DNA of 62,731 nt, filler included, from Candidatus Woesearchaeota archaeon (GTDB lineage: Archaea > Nanobdellota > Nanobdellia > Woesearchaeales > JACPBO01), in NCBI GenBank assembly GCA_016180285.1. It is 4 parts of 3 records of this genome, joined end to end, with 100 filler letters (N's around TTAATTAATTAA, not from the genome) between each part and the next. Parts side by side here need not be neighbours in the genome. Positions count along the whole stretch, not along the records: positions 15,670 to 33,228 come from JACPBO010000002.1; 3 more parts are not named here. The stretch is one strand, 5' to 3'. The notes under the pieces were generated by a model. That model was not told where the DNA came from and did no database searches. It was given only the letters and a program-made list of their open reading frames with translations. Below are positions 19,007 to 31,383 of the stretch, one piece after another. Made by a program: the position numbers and the translations under genes. Each line of letters begins with the position of its first letter. Position 1 is the stretch's first letter.

Positions 19007-19513
19007 TTATCCTCCTTTGAACAGTGTTTTGTCCATCAACATAAGCTTTTTTTGAATATCCTCGAGCTGGGAATTCCATTTTTTAAATTGCGACTCGCGG
19101 TCTTCTTTTATATCCTCCAGATCAGACAATATAGTCTCAGATTCCTTTAATTTTTCCCTTATCGAGTTTATTTCAAAAAGAACATTTTTAAACTGCGAGG
19201 ATTTCACAAATATTGGTTGTGTTATTTCTTTGGCTTCCAGCTCCCCCCGCATTTCCTCTTTCTGCGCTAATGTCAGCTCAGGCTCTTTCTCTTCAGGCAC
19301 AGATTCAATTGGAGGAAGCTCAGGAAATTCTTCAAAATGCGGCATATTTTCAAATTCACTCGGCTTTATCTCAGGAAGCTCTGAAGGAGGATGATCTTCC
19401 TCTGCAATCGGCTGCGGAATGTCAGCTTCAGAAGGCAATGGAGGCGGCGGAATGTCAAGATCTGAAAACGAAGGAAATTGCTCTTTTTTCTTTCCAAACT
19501 TAAAAAACACCAT
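19007..19513 (-). CDS. Pro/Glu-rich protein with C-terminal coiled coil
   Basis: PIFVKSSQF...W...MDKTLF domain after a low-complexity linker. Confidence 0.7.
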   Translation of the reverse strand: MVFFKFGKKKEQFPSFSDLDIPPPPLPSEADIPQPIAEEDHPPSELPEIKPSEFENMPHFEEFPELPPIESVPEEKEPELTLAQKEEMRGELEAKEITQPIFVKSSQFKNVLFEINSIREKLKESETILSDLEDIKEDRESQFKKWNSQLEDIQKKLMLMDKTLFKGG

Positions 19514-19584
19514 AACACCACCTTTGAATGGAAAAGTAATCTGATGGCTTTATTAATCTTTATTAGTATTCTAGAATAGTGACA

Positions 19585-21303
19585 TTATTCATGAGACCTT
19601 TTCTTTTTTCCTTCCATGTAATCAATAAAGCCCTGATTTGCGGCCCTTGCTCCGCCGTCTGTCGGGTAATCTCCATTTAAACATGCCAAACACAGATTAT
19701 CTCCTAAACCAACGGCTTCAACTAATCCATCTATTGTTTGATACGTCACCGAAGAAACACCGAGCCTTTTAGCGATCCTCTCTGAAATCAATTCAACAGG
19801 GAAAAGATTGTAAATGTGGTTTACTAGATTCTTCGGCCTTTCATTGCCTGCCTGTTTTTTAGCTTCTTGATAAAGCTCTTCTAGTTTGTTGCCTGATCCA
19901 TTTTCATTGAGCAACTCAATTGCAGCCTCAAATGCAATATACTTTGAATAAGTAGACATATCTATGCCATAGCAGCAGGGATGCCTTGGCTGCGGGCAAG
20001 ACAAACCAATATGAATTGCCTTTGGTTTAGCCGATTTAATGCGCACTATGACTGTTGTTTCAAGAGTCGTTCCTCTAACAGAAGAATCTTCAATAACAAC
20101 AACAACTTTATCTCTCAATACGCTGTATACAGGATCAAATTTCATTTTTACTGAGTCTTCCCTTGTTGTTTCATCTTCAATGAATGTTCGCCCAATTGCA
20201 TCGTCTTTTATCAGCCCTTCTTCATAATTGATTTTTTTTCCAAACAGATTTTCCAGCTCATCAACAACGCCTTTGGCAGCGGGCCTTGCAGTGTTTGGCA
20301 CGGAAATCACAACGATATCGTTGGCATCATGATCTTTGACCTTTTCATAAATCTGTCCTGCCAGCGGCCTGCCAAAATTCTTTCTTACCTGATAAACTTC
20401 CTTGCCCCAAATAAATGAATTTGGCCTTGAAAAATAAATAAATTCAAACATGCAATGCGCTTTTTTCTTTGGCTCAGCGTATTGCTTTATTTCATATCTG
20501 CCGTTGTTCCTGATTACAAGAATCTCTGCTGGCCCCAAAAAGTTAATTTCTTCTGGCGAAATGCCGCAGGCAGATGTAAGTGCTACGCTTTCAGAAGCAG
20601 CAGCGATTATCTTGTCCGTTACAGCATAGCATGCAGGCCTTATGTTATGCGGATCAGTGGCTATAAAAACATCGCCGTTGCCTAATATGCCCTCCAGGGT
20701 AAAAGCACCATCCCAATTAAAGCTTGCTTTTGAGACAATGCCCGCAATATCTAACCCATTAAAGCTCTCACCAGATTTTTCTAGTCTATCGTGTTCTTCT
20801 TTCAATCCAAAAACCAAGTCAGACAATATTCTTTCTGTATCTGAATTTGTTTTTAACCTGTGGCCTAAGTCCAAGATTCTTTTGATGTGCTCTTGGTTAT
20901 TTGAAAAGTTTCCATTCCAGGCTATAGCGAGCCTTTTCGTCGGCCTTGGGTGGTCTCTTCCCATTGGTTGTGCATTTACTCCGCATGTTGTTGCGGCAGT
21001 CGTGTACCTTCTATGAACTATTGCTGCTTTGCCGTCTTTGCAAGCATCATATTCTTCAGAATCCAGAATTTTTTTTAAATCGATGGTGGAACCTTCAGAG
21101 ACTATGGTGTACATCCACTCGCTGCATGGTGCTGCATCAGGATTTACGATAGTTACGCCGCCGGAATCCTTGCCGCGATTCTCCGATTTTACCAGCATAG
21201 AGACTAGGGTTTTTATCAAATAGTTTTCTTCATAATAAGATGCGTCTTTTAGCAATTTAAGAAGCCCAACTCCGCATTTATCATGAATTGCATCATCTCC
21301 CAT
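19585..21303 (-). CDS. purF: Amidophosphoribosyltransferase, long type
   Basis: Propeptide then CG nucleophile (HDKCGV). NRGKDSGG, CMFEFIYFSRP, EDSSVRGTT, YGIDM and CLACLNGDYP motifs. Confidence 0.9.
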   Translation of the reverse strand: MGDDAIHDKCGVGLLKLLKDASYYEENYLIKTLVSMLVKSENRGKDSGGVTIVNPDAAPCSEWMYTIVSEGSTIDLKKILDSEEYDACKDGKAAIVHRRYTTAATTCGVNAQPMGRDHPRPTKRLAIAWNGNFSNNQEHIKRILDLGHRLKTNSDTERILSDLVFGLKEEHDRLEKSGESFNGLDIAGIVSKASFNWDGAFTLEGILGNGDVFIATDPHNIRPACYAVTDKIIAAASESVALTSACGISPEEINFLGPAEILVIRNNGRYEIKQYAEPKKKAHCMFEFIYFSRPNSFIWGKEVYQVRKNFGRPLAGQIYEKVKDHDANDIVVISVPNTARPAAKGVVDELENLFGKKINYEEGLIKDDAIGRTFIEDETTREDSVKMKFDPVYSVLRDKVVVVIEDSSVRGTTLETTVIVRIKSAKPKAIHIGLSCPQPRHPCCYGIDMSTYSKYIAFEAAIELLNENGSGNKLEELYQEAKKQAGNERPKNLVNHIYNLFPVELISERIAKRLGVSSVTYQTIDGLVEAVGLGDNLCLACLNGDYPTDGGARAANQGFIDYMEGKKKRSHE

Positions 21304-21374
21304 TTTAAAATAAAAGTGGCTCGGAACTTTAAATGCCTTTCTATTCTCCAGTAGCAATAATCTAAAATATCTAA

Positions 21375-22786
<1,412 letters not shown>

Positions 22787-22791
22787 AGCTC

Positions 22792-23313
22792 TTACAATGA
22801 ACGATTATGTAACATTTCTTTTATCTCGTTATTGCGTAGTCCATGATTAACTATCACACAAAGACCATCTTTGGCTATATTTTTTTGATTATGATTCAAT
22901 TCATGATATGTTACAACCTCGCAAGAGAATCTTCTATTTACTTGTGGATTGCCCCTTTTGTCTATAAACATGGGCTCGACATAACCCTCTACACCATCAA
23001 GTTCATCTGGTAATTTAAGACCACATCTTATATAATTTTCAGGAGCATTATAGCGCATATATACGAGAAGGTCCCTTATATTTCTAAAAAAGGGCGTTAC
23101 CCTGCCTGCTTTTATACCGCTGGTCTTCTTCTGATGGTCTAAAGGAGAAGAAGATTCTGTGATGGGAAGCACAACTGAAAAAACTCTCTCTCCTTCACAA
23201 TAATCTGCAAAACACTTCCCGTTTTCATTTTTATTATCAATTATATAGGGATTTACTTCTTTCATTATCAATAACTTTGCGATATACAATTCATTTTTAA
23301 TTTGCCTTTTCAT
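22792..23313 (-). CDS. Hypothetical protein inserted in the pyr cluster
   Basis: 173-aa ORF with no recognised motif. Confidence 0.5.
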   Translation of the reverse strand: MKRQIKNELYIAKLLIMKEVNPYIIDNKNENGKCFADYCEGERVFSVVLPITESSSPLDHQKKTSGIKAGRVTPFFRNIRDLLVYMRYNAPENYIRCGLKLPDELDGVEGYVEPMFIDKRGNPQVNRRFSCEVVTYHELNHNQKNIAKDGLCVIVNHGLRNNEIKEMLHNRSL

Positions 23314-23439
23314 TTTAATTTATCCCCATATATTACGTTCCTTTGTTATTGAAACGACATACTATTTATAAATCTTTCGTTTTATACCACTACATAGAAG
23401 TTAAAAACTACCCATAAAGCTTTTATATTTGCCCTTTTC

Positions 23440-24372
23440 ATGCTTTATTGGGGGATAGATATTTTAACAACAAAACTCTGCGGAATCAGATTAGAAAATC
23501 CTGCAATCCTTGCTTCAGGCATTTTGGGTGTAACAGCTTCTTCTTTAATTAATGCTGCAAACAACGGAGCCGGCGCTGTCACAACAAAATCAATTTCATT
23601 GGAAGAGAGAAAAGGCCACAATAATCCCGTGATAGTTACATTTGAAGCAGGGATGATAAACGCAGTCGGCTTGTCAAGCCCTGGAATTGAAAACGGCATT
23701 GAAGAAGTGAAGGAATTCAAAAGAAGATCAAAAACGCCAATTATAGCATCTATATTTGCTTCTAAAACATTAGACTTCGGTGAAGCTGCAAAAAGAATTT
23801 CAGAGTCAAAGCCAGATTTGATCGAAGTAAATATCTCGTGCCCAAATGTTGAGGCAGAGTTTGGTAAGCCATTTGCAGCAGATGCAAAGGTTGCCGCAAG
23901 CGTGGCTGAAATCGTGAAAAACAACACAAAAACACCTGTTTTTGTCAAATTATCCCCTAATGTTTCAAATATAAAAGAAATAGCAAAAGCAGTTGAAGAG
24001 GCAGGAGCAGATGGAATAACTGCAGTAAATACAGCAGGCCCCGGAATGGTGATAGACATTAAGGCAGCAAAGCCAATTCTTCATAATAAAATGGGAGGCG
24101 TTTCAGGCAATGCGCTAAGGCCAATAGCTGTAAGATGCGTTTATGACATTTATGAAACAGTAAAAATCCCAATAATCGGGACTGGCGGAATAATGAATGG
24201 AAGAGATGCAATTGAAATGCTCATGGCAGGCGCAACTGCTGTCGGCATGGGATCGGCTGTTTATTACCGCGGAATTGATGTTTTCAAAAAAGTATGCAGT
24301 GAGATTGAAGAATTCATGAAAGAAAACGGTTACAGCAATTTAAAAGAAATAACAGGGAGAGCGCATAAATAA
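23440..24372 (+). CDS. pyrD: Dihydroorotate dehydrogenase family 1B
   Basis: NISCPN, VKLSPN, GGVSG and IIGTGGI motifs. Start position uncertain. Confidence 0.95.
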   Translation: MLYWGIDILTTKLCGIRLENPAILASGILGVTASSLINAANNGAGAVTTKSISLEERKGHNNPVIVTFEAGMINAVGLSSPGIENGIEEVKEFKRRSKTPIIASIFASKTLDFGEAAKRISESKPDLIEVNISCPNVEAEFGKPFAADAKVAASVAEIVKNNTKTPVFVKLSPNVSNIKEIAKAVEEAGADGITAVNTAGPGMVIDIKAAKPILHNKMGGVSGNALRPIAVRCVYDIYETVKIPIIGTGGIMNGRDAIEMLMAGATAVGMGSAVYYRGIDVFKKVCSEIEEFMKENGYSNLKEITGRAHK

Positions 24373-24379
24373 ATTTAAA

Positions 24380-25174
24380 ATGAAACTTGAACAGCCAATT
24401 GTTTTGCCGATAAAAAAAATCGTTAATGAAGTTAGTAAAATAAAAACCTTTATTTTTGATCACAAGCTGGATTCCAAGCCAGGGCAGTTCATTAACTTGT
24501 GGATCCCTGGATTTGATGAAAAGCCATTTTCGATCTCTTACCAAGATGATAAAAGATTTGCAGTAACTGTTGCCTGCATCGGCCCATTTACAGATAAGAT
24601 ATGCGGCTTAAAAGAAGGCGATCTTGTAGGAATCCGCGGGCCATATGGAAATCCATTTAATCTGAAAGGCAAAAACATTGTTTTGGTTGGCGGCGGATGC
24701 GGCTGCGGGCCACTGGCTTTTTTAGCTGATGAAGCGCTAAAAAATAAAATAAATGTAAATTTCGTCATAGGCGCAAGAACAAAAGATGCTTTATTATTTT
24801 TGGAAAGAATGAAGAAAAGCAATATAAAAACATTCGTTACAACAGATGATGGCAGCTTTGGCGTAAAGGGATTTGCAACAGACTTGTTAAAGGACTTTCT
24901 TGAAAAAAACCACATTGCTGCAGTTTACAGCTGCGGCCCTGAAAAGATGATGAAAAAAGTTGCAGAGATGTGCAAAGATAAAAAAATTTATTGCGAGCTA
25001 AGCTTGGAGCGGTATATGAAATGCGGCTTTGGGATTTGCGGCCAGTGCTGCATGGATGATTCTGGCTTCAGAGTCTGCACAGACGGACCAATTATAAAAG
25101 GAGAGGAAGCTTTAAATATGAAAGAATTCGGAAATTATAGAAGAGATGCAAGCGGAAAAAAGGTGAAATTATGA
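24380..25174 (+). CDS. pyrK: Dihydroorotate dehydrogenase electron transfer subunit
   Basis: RGPYG, CGP and MKCGFGICGQC...C.DGP 2Fe-2S motif. Confidence 0.95.
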   Translation: MKLEQPIVLPIKKIVNEVSKIKTFIFDHKLDSKPGQFINLWIPGFDEKPFSISYQDDKRFAVTVACIGPFTDKICGLKEGDLVGIRGPYGNPFNLKGKNIVLVGGGCGCGPLAFLADEALKNKINVNFVIGARTKDALLFLERMKKSNIKTFVTTDDGSFGVKGFATDLLKDFLEKNHIAAVYSCGPEKMMKKVAEMCKDKKIYCELSLERYMKCGFGICGQCCMDDSGFRVCTDGPIIKGEEALNMKEFGNYRRDASGKKVKL

Positions 25175-26469
25175 GCCTGTTCATTGCAAACGCAGATGTT
25201 TTTGTTGATGGAAAACTGGAAAAAAAGAATATCCTTGTCGCTGATGGAAAAATAAAAGCCATAACAGATGAGAAGGCAATAACAACCTCAAGATTTATCG
25301 ATGCAGCTGGAAAGGTTATATTGCCCGGGCTTATTGACGGGCACGTCCATTTTAGAGAGCCTGGATTGACGCACAAAGAAGATTTTTTTACAGGAAGCTG
25401 CGCAGCTGCTGCAGGCGGAGTTACAACAATAATTGATATGCCTAATACGATCCCGCCGACAACTACAATAGAGCTGCTCAATGAAAAAAGAATATTGGCT
25501 GAGAAATCAATTGTGAATTACGGCTTTCATTTTGGATCAGCTGTTGAAGATATGGATGAAATCAGAAAATTAAAAGACAGCGATGCCGCTTCTGTCAAAG
25601 TCTATATGAATGCGACAACAGGCAATCTTCTGATAAATAATGATGAAGCACTGAATTTTATTTTCAAAAACCATAAAATGATTGCATGCCATGCAGAAGG
25701 CGAAAATGTTCTGAAAGCAATAAATTTGATCAAAGACACAAAAAATAAGCTATATCTCTGCCACATTTCCACTGAAAATGAGCTTAATATGCTTAAAAAA
25801 AACAAAATAAAAAACAAAACTTTTGTTGAAGTTACTCCGCATCATCTTTTTTTAAGCGAGGAAGATGATAAAAATTCATTCTTCAAAATGAAGCCCACTC
25901 TAAAGGCAAAAAAAGACCAGGAAGCATTGTGGCTTGCAATTGAAAAAAACAGAGTAGATGCAATTGGCTCTGATCATGCCTCTCATACAATCGAGGAAAA
26001 GCAAAAAGAGAATTTTCCCAATGGCATTCCAGGAGTCGAGACAATGCTGCCTTTGCTTTTTAATGCAGTTTTAAACAAAAAATTAGAAGTGGAAAAATTA
26101 GTCCAGTTGTGCTGCGAGAATCCGGCTAAAATATTCCAGATAAGAAACAAAGGGGTTATTAAGGAAGGTTATGACGCAGATCTGGTTGTTGTTGACCCAA
26201 TTCTTGAAAAAGAAGTCAAGAATGAAAATTTATTTACAAAATGCAAATGGTCGCCTTTCAATGGCTGGAAGCTGAAAGGCTGGCCTATGATGACGATTGT
26301 CAATGGAAACATTGTCTTTGAAAATGGAAAGATAAATGACATTAAAGCGAAGGAAATAAGCTATATTGTGAAGAACCCTTTTAAAACAGAAAGCGGGGAA
26401 ATAGAAGCTGAAGAAACAGATGAAGAGGCGATAGAAAATGAAGGCATTCAACCAAAAGAAGTTCAATAA
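25171..26469 (+). CDS. pyrC: Dihydroorotase
   Basis: DGHVHFREPG, DMPNT, EVTPHHL and GSDHA motifs. Confidence 0.95.
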   Translation: MSLFIANADVFVDGKLEKKNILVADGKIKAITDEKAITTSRFIDAAGKVILPGLIDGHVHFREPGLTHKEDFFTGSCAAAAGGVTTIIDMPNTIPPTTTIELLNEKRILAEKSIVNYGFHFGSAVEDMDEIRKLKDSDAASVKVYMNATTGNLLINNDEALNFIFKNHKMIACHAEGENVLKAINLIKDTKNKLYLCHISTENELNMLKKNKIKNKTFVEVTPHHLFLSEEDDKNSFFKMKPTLKAKKDQEALWLAIEKNRVDAIGSDHASHTIEEKQKENFPNGIPGVETMLPLLFNAVLNKKLEVEKLVQLCCENPAKIFQIRNKGVIKEGYDADLVVVDPILEKEVKNENLFTKCKWSPFNGWKLKGWPMMTIVNGNIVFENGKINDIKAKEISYIVKNPFKTESGEIEAEETDEEAIENEGIQPKEVQ

Positions 26470-27124
26470 GTTTTTGATACAGCAGAAGGTTGTCGGATTT
26501 TTTGAGCAGCCGATAACATTGAAATCAGGGAGATTGTCATATTGGTATGCAAACTGCAGAAATCTGCTTGATTATGCCGGAGTTATGGATGAGCTGATAG
26601 ATTTTATACATTCATTTTCAAATGAAAAAGCTCTAAATCCGGATTATTTTTATGGGGTTCCTGAAGGCGCTACAAAGTTTGCATTGATCCTGAATTACAA
26701 AAGAGCCCGCTTATTGAAAAACAAAAATTACCCCCTGATTATTGGCCGGGGAAAGCCAAAGGAGCATGGCGATCCAAAAGATAAATATTACATTGGCCCG
26801 ATTAAAGAAGGCCAGAATGTTGTTGTCCTGGAAGATGTTACAACAACCGGCGGATCCCTGATAGATGCAATAGCTGCATTAAGAGAGGCAAAAGTAAATG
26901 TTGTTGCAGCAGTCGGTCTTGTCAACAGGATGGAAAAAAGGGACGATGGGTTAAGCGTAGAAGAAAAATTAAAAGAAATCAATGTTCCTTATTATGCGAT
27001 GAGTGATGCATTTCAAATGCTGCCTTTGGCTGTTAAGTCTTACAAGCCCAGTCCAGAAATTATTGCGCATGTTGAAGAAGGTTTTAAGCAGTATGGCGTT
27101 TCAGAATTGAAATTGAGGAAATAA
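26438..27124 (+). CDS. pyrE: Orotate phosphoribosyltransferase
   Basis: LKSGRLS and VVVLEDVTTTGGS PRPP-binding motif. Confidence 0.9.
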   Translation: MKAFNQKKFNKFLIQQKVVGFFEQPITLKSGRLSYWYANCRNLLDYAGVMDELIDFIHSFSNEKALNPDYFYGVPEGATKFALILNYKRARLLKNKNYPLIIGRGKPKEHGDPKDKYYIGPIKEGQNVVVLEDVTTTGGSLIDAIAALREAKVNVVAAVGLVNRMEKRDDGLSVEEKLKEINVPYYAMSDAFQMLPLAVKSYKPSPEIIAHVEEGFKQYGVSELKLRK

Positions 27125-27125
27125 A

Positions 27126-27845
27126 ATGGATCCAAAAAACAGAATAATCCTTGCTTTAGATGTCGACAGCGTTGAAAAAGCAGAAGCATTGGTTTCAGAG
27201 CTGAAAGATCATGTCGGAGTTTACAAAGTCGGCAAAGAGCTTTTTACATCAACAGGCCCGGAAATTGTAAAAAAAATAAATAAAATTGGCGGCAAAGTAT
27301 TCCTTGATCTGAAATATCACGATATTCCAAATACTGTTGCAAAAGCAGCAGAAGCAGCCGCAAAGCTGGGAGTTTATATGATCAATGTCCATGCTTCAGG
27401 CGGGTATAAGATGATGTATGATGCAGCAGAAGCAGTAAAGAGAAAATCAGCAGAGCTTGGGATTAAAAAACCATTTATCTTAGGCGTAACTGTATTGACT
27501 AGCATTGATCAAACTGCATTAAACAACGAGTTAAGAATCAATGGCACAGTCGAAGAGCAGGTTGTTCATCTGGCAAAATTAGCTCAGAAAGCAGGATTAG
27601 ATGGCGTAATAGCTTCTCCGCAGGAGATCAAGGCAATAAGAGCAGCATGCGGCAGTGATTTCTTGGTTGTAACTCCCGGGGTAAGGCCTTTATGGGCAGC
27701 CAGCCAGGATCAGAAAAGAGTCACAACACCTAAAGAAGCGATTGAGCAAGGCGCAGATTATATTGTGATCGGGAGGCCAATAACTGGTGCTGAGAACAAA
27801 GTTGAGGCTGCAGAGAAGATATTGGAGGAGATTAAAGGTGATTGA
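27126..27845 (+). CDS. pyrF: Orotidine-5'-phosphate decarboxylase
   Basis: FLDLKYHDIPNT, TPGVR and IGRPI motifs. Confidence 0.97.
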   Translation: MDPKNRIILALDVDSVEKAEALVSELKDHVGVYKVGKELFTSTGPEIVKKINKIGGKVFLDLKYHDIPNTVAKAAEAAAKLGVYMINVHASGGYKMMYDAAEAVKRKSAELGIKKPFILGVTVLTSIDQTALNNELRINGTVEEQVVHLAKLAQKAGLDGVIASPQEIKAIRAACGSDFLVVTPGVRPLWAASQDQKRVTTPKEAIEQGADYIVIGRPITGAENKVEAAEKILEEIKGD

Positions 27846-28140
27846 AGAAGCGATTAAAGAATACGCAATTGCAGATCGCCTGATAACAGAAGGCTCAGAA
27901 TTTGAGATTCAAGGAAATCTAATTGCGGCGGCGGGAAAATATACTGCTGCAATTTCTGCCGATCCAACTTGTGCAGATGCTTACGATGCTTTATTGGACT
28001 GCTACGGAAAAATAAAGGAAGATTACAAAATAAGGGGATTGCCTGTAAAGGGCATTGATGCTAAAATTAATTTTTTATTGCGTTCAGGAATGAATGAAGG
28101 ATTTTATTCTCGTTGCGGATTTGTTTTATCTAATTTTTAA
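27838..28140 (+). CDS. Small TPR-like hypothetical protein
   Basis: GTG start overlapping the pyrF end. GNLIAAAGKYTAAISADPTCADAY is TPR-like. Confidence 0.45.
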   Translation: MIEEAIKEYAIADRLITEGSEFEIQGNLIAAAGKYTAAISADPTCADAYDALLDCYGKIKEDYKIRGLPVKGIDAKINFLLRSGMNEGFYSRCGFVLSNF

Positions 28141-28177
28141 CAAAACATTTTAATAGTCATTATCCTGTCCTGGTTTT

Positions 28178-29185
28178 ATGAAACAAGCCCTTTACTATAA
28201 AAAACTGAAAGAAAACCTTATTCAGTGCCAGCTCTGCCCCAGGTTCTGCACAATAAAGCCAGGCGAGATCGGAGACTGCAGAGTAAGGAAAAACATTGGC
28301 GGCAAACTATTTTCATTGGTATATGCAGAGCCTTGCGCAGTTTCAGTCGATCCGATTGAAAAAAAGCCATTGTACCATTTTCTTCCAGGCAGTACATCAT
28401 TTTCAATAGGCACAACAGGATGCAATCTTCATTGTTCTCATTGCCAGAACTGGACAACAAGCCAGGCAAATGCAGGCGAAGTGCCGACAACAATTTTGGA
28501 GCCCGAAGATGTTGTAAGGCAAGCTATCAACTCAGGCTGCAAATCAATATCTTACACATATAACGAGCCTTCAATATTCTATGAATATGTTCTCGATACA
28601 GCAAAACTTGCAAGGAAAAAAGGATTGAAAAATGTAATGGTTACAAACGGATATATAAATCCTGAACCGTTAAAAGAACTGTACAAATATATTGATGCGG
28701 CGAATGTTGATATTAAGGGATTTACAGAAGAATTTTACAAAAAAATAGCTGATGCAAAATTAAAGCCTGTTTTGGAAGCATTAAAGCTAATGCAGAAAGC
28801 AGGGACTTGGATCGAAATTACAAATCTAATAATCCCGACTTTAAATGATGACCTTAAAAAAATAGAGAAAATGTGCATTTGGATCAAAGAAAATCTCGGC
28901 ATTAATGTTCCGCTGCATTTTACAGCATTCTACCCGACATACAAATTAACAGGTAAGCCAGCTACATCAGCTGAAATACTGAAAAAAGCGCATGATGTTG
29001 CTAAGAAAATAGGATTGAATTACGTTTATGTCGGCAATGTAGCAAACGAATACAACAACACATACTGCCCGAAATGCAGAAAGCTTTTAATAAAGAGAAC
29101 AGGATTCTTCAGTGTTTTGAGCAACAACTTAGTGAAGGGAAAATGCGCAGACTGCAAAGAAAAGATACCTGGCGTTTGGGAATAA
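28178..29185 (+). CDS. AmmeMemoRadiSam-system radical SAM enzyme
   Basis: CQLCPRFC, DPIEKKPLYHFLPG, GCNLHCSHCQNW and YTYNEP motifs. Confidence 0.9.
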   Translation: MKQALYYKKLKENLIQCQLCPRFCTIKPGEIGDCRVRKNIGGKLFSLVYAEPCAVSVDPIEKKPLYHFLPGSTSFSIGTTGCNLHCSHCQNWTTSQANAGEVPTTILEPEDVVRQAINSGCKSISYTYNEPSIFYEYVLDTAKLARKKGLKNVMVTNGYINPEPLKELYKYIDAANVDIKGFTEEFYKKIADAKLKPVLEALKLMQKAGTWIEITNLIIPTLNDDLKKIEKMCIWIKENLGINVPLHFTAFYPTYKLTGKPATSAEILKKAHDVAKKIGLNYVYVGNVANEYNNTYCPKCRKLLIKRTGFFSVLSNNLVKGKCADCKEKIPGVWE

Positions 29186-31383
29186 GGATTTTCTTGTTCT
29201 TAGCTGTTCTTTTATTTTTAATAAAAACAATAAGAGCAGAAATTGTAGTCAACGAAATAATGTACGATTATCCCGGTTCTGACTCTAATCATGAATGGAT
29301 CGATATTTACAACAATGGAAGTGAAGCAGTCAATCTGAGCGGATGGAAGTTTAGGGAAGGAGGAACAGATCATAGTCTGACTCTGAATAATGGAAGCTAC
29401 ATATTAAATGCAAGCGAATATGCAGTTATCGCAGATGATGCAGCTACATTTTTAACAGATTACTTTGATTTTAACTCAACATTGCTTGATTCATCGTTTG
29501 ATCTGAGCAATTCAGGAGAAGAGCTGTTGCTGAAAAATAAGACCTTGGATGTTGTTTTCAATATGACTTACAATGTTTCCCTTGGCGCAGCTGGCAATAA
29601 TAAAACCCTGTGTATTTTTAATGGCACATGGCAGGAATGCATTGCAACACCCGGCGCAATAAACAATATTTCTGTGCAGACAAACCAGACCAATGCAACA
29701 CTCGATGTAAGCATGAGCGTTTATCTGAGCGACATAATAAACATCGATGTTTTGTATGATAATTTGTTTAAATTTGAAATCCTGAATAAGGCAGACTGCT
29801 CTGCAAAAGACAATGTTACTTTTTATTTTAATATCACAAATGCGTCAAACTCATTGGTTTTTGAAAATACAACAACGAGAACAGACATCGGCTGCAGTGC
29901 ATACGCGAATACAGGCGAATTAACAATGAATCTGACAGGGAATTACACAATTTGCGGCAGAATAACCAATTCAACCATCAATGACACAAATCCATCAAAT
30001 GATTTTGCATGCAAAAACTTCACAGTCATTGATACACGCTCAACTCCCTGCAACATTTCAATAAATTTGACATCTGATAAAACAATTTACTTGACAAACG
30101 AGTCAATTGCCTTTAGTAATAACTTGAATGACAAAACATTCCCTTATAAAATTGAATACTGGAAAGAAGATTTATTCGGAACACAGATTGGCAGCAGGAC
30201 AAATACAACAAACACAAACCAAAAGACATGGAGCCCGAGCATTGACGAGCTTGACCAGGCTTTCTTCATAAAAAACAGGATTGCATATGTTGCATGCAAT
30301 GACACAAACAGCGCAGATGATTATTCTGAAAAAATGGTTGTTGTAAGGGGAACAAACAGGACTGACAACTCAGTCATACAGATAGATGAAGTTTATCTTG
30401 GAACTGACAATAAGGCGAAATTTGGAGATTCCTTAAGATTCAAAGTCATTATTTACAAGGGGAATTCAACAAAGACAAGCGTTCAGGCATGGCTCGAAAG
30501 CGGCGGAGAAAAAATCAGCAAGACAACAAGCACAAATATTTATGGAAATTACCAGAATCATACAATTACAATGCCCGTCCAGATTGAGGCCAATTGCAAT
30601 GGCGCAATCTCAGATGGAAATTACAATTTAGTTGTTGAGGGGTTAAATGCCAGCGACAGGGAAACAGTTTATGTCGAAGGAACAACAAGCAGCCTGTGCC
30701 AGACTGTAACAAGATACAGCTCAAGCTCTGATACGGGCAGCCAGACTCCTTTGAATATTGAGCAGGAAAGCGAGACTCCAATAACAAGCTTTGTTTATGA
30801 CAAGGTAAGATTTAATATTGCCTCGCCAACCATGATCGAGTTCGGCAAGGAATTTATTATAAATATTACGGCAGCAAACACAGCTGATGACGAAAAGGAG
30901 CTTTATGCATGGGCTTATATTTTCAAAGGAAGGAAAAGCATAACGAATCCGATGCAAAACAGAAAGCATTTGGCTTTAAGTAAAAATGAGTCTATGCAGA
31001 TTTACCTGCCAGTTGTTGTTGAAGATGAAAATATTGATCCTGGTGATTACAAATTGATGGTTAAACTGAATTCCTCAGCAAGAAAATCATTAAAATCTGT
31101 TTCAAAGGCAGTAGAGCTCATTTTCAACCAGGAATATGCCGGAAAAAAGGCAGTATTCCTTAAAAGTGAAGGAGAATCTGCAGGCAAAACGCAAGCGGAA
31201 TTCGATTCCGAAAGCTTTAATAATGGACTTGAATTTGACAGCATAAATAAAGTAACAGGCAGCGTTGTTTTGAATGCAGATGTTTACGAATCAACAACAG
31301 TGAAAGCAAAGAAATTAGTCAAATATTTCATTGTAAGCGCATTTGGCCTGTTTGTCATAATGCTCATATGGAGGAAGGTTTGA
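29177..31383 (+). CDS. Lamin-tail-domain surface glycoprotein
   Basis: Signal peptide, VVNEIMYD..GSD..HEWI.IYN.G..VNLSGW LTD motif, many N-x-S/T sequons, C-terminal TM anchor. Start approximate (TTG). Confidence 0.8.

Noticed and set aside
26438..26469. 32-nt pyrC/pyrE overlap with an acidic PyrC tail
   Set aside because: Consistent with ordinary stop-codon drift in a compact operon.
28178..29185. Complete AmmeMemoRadiSam system
   Set aside because: The AMMECR1 and Memo partners are not in the window, and the family is already known.
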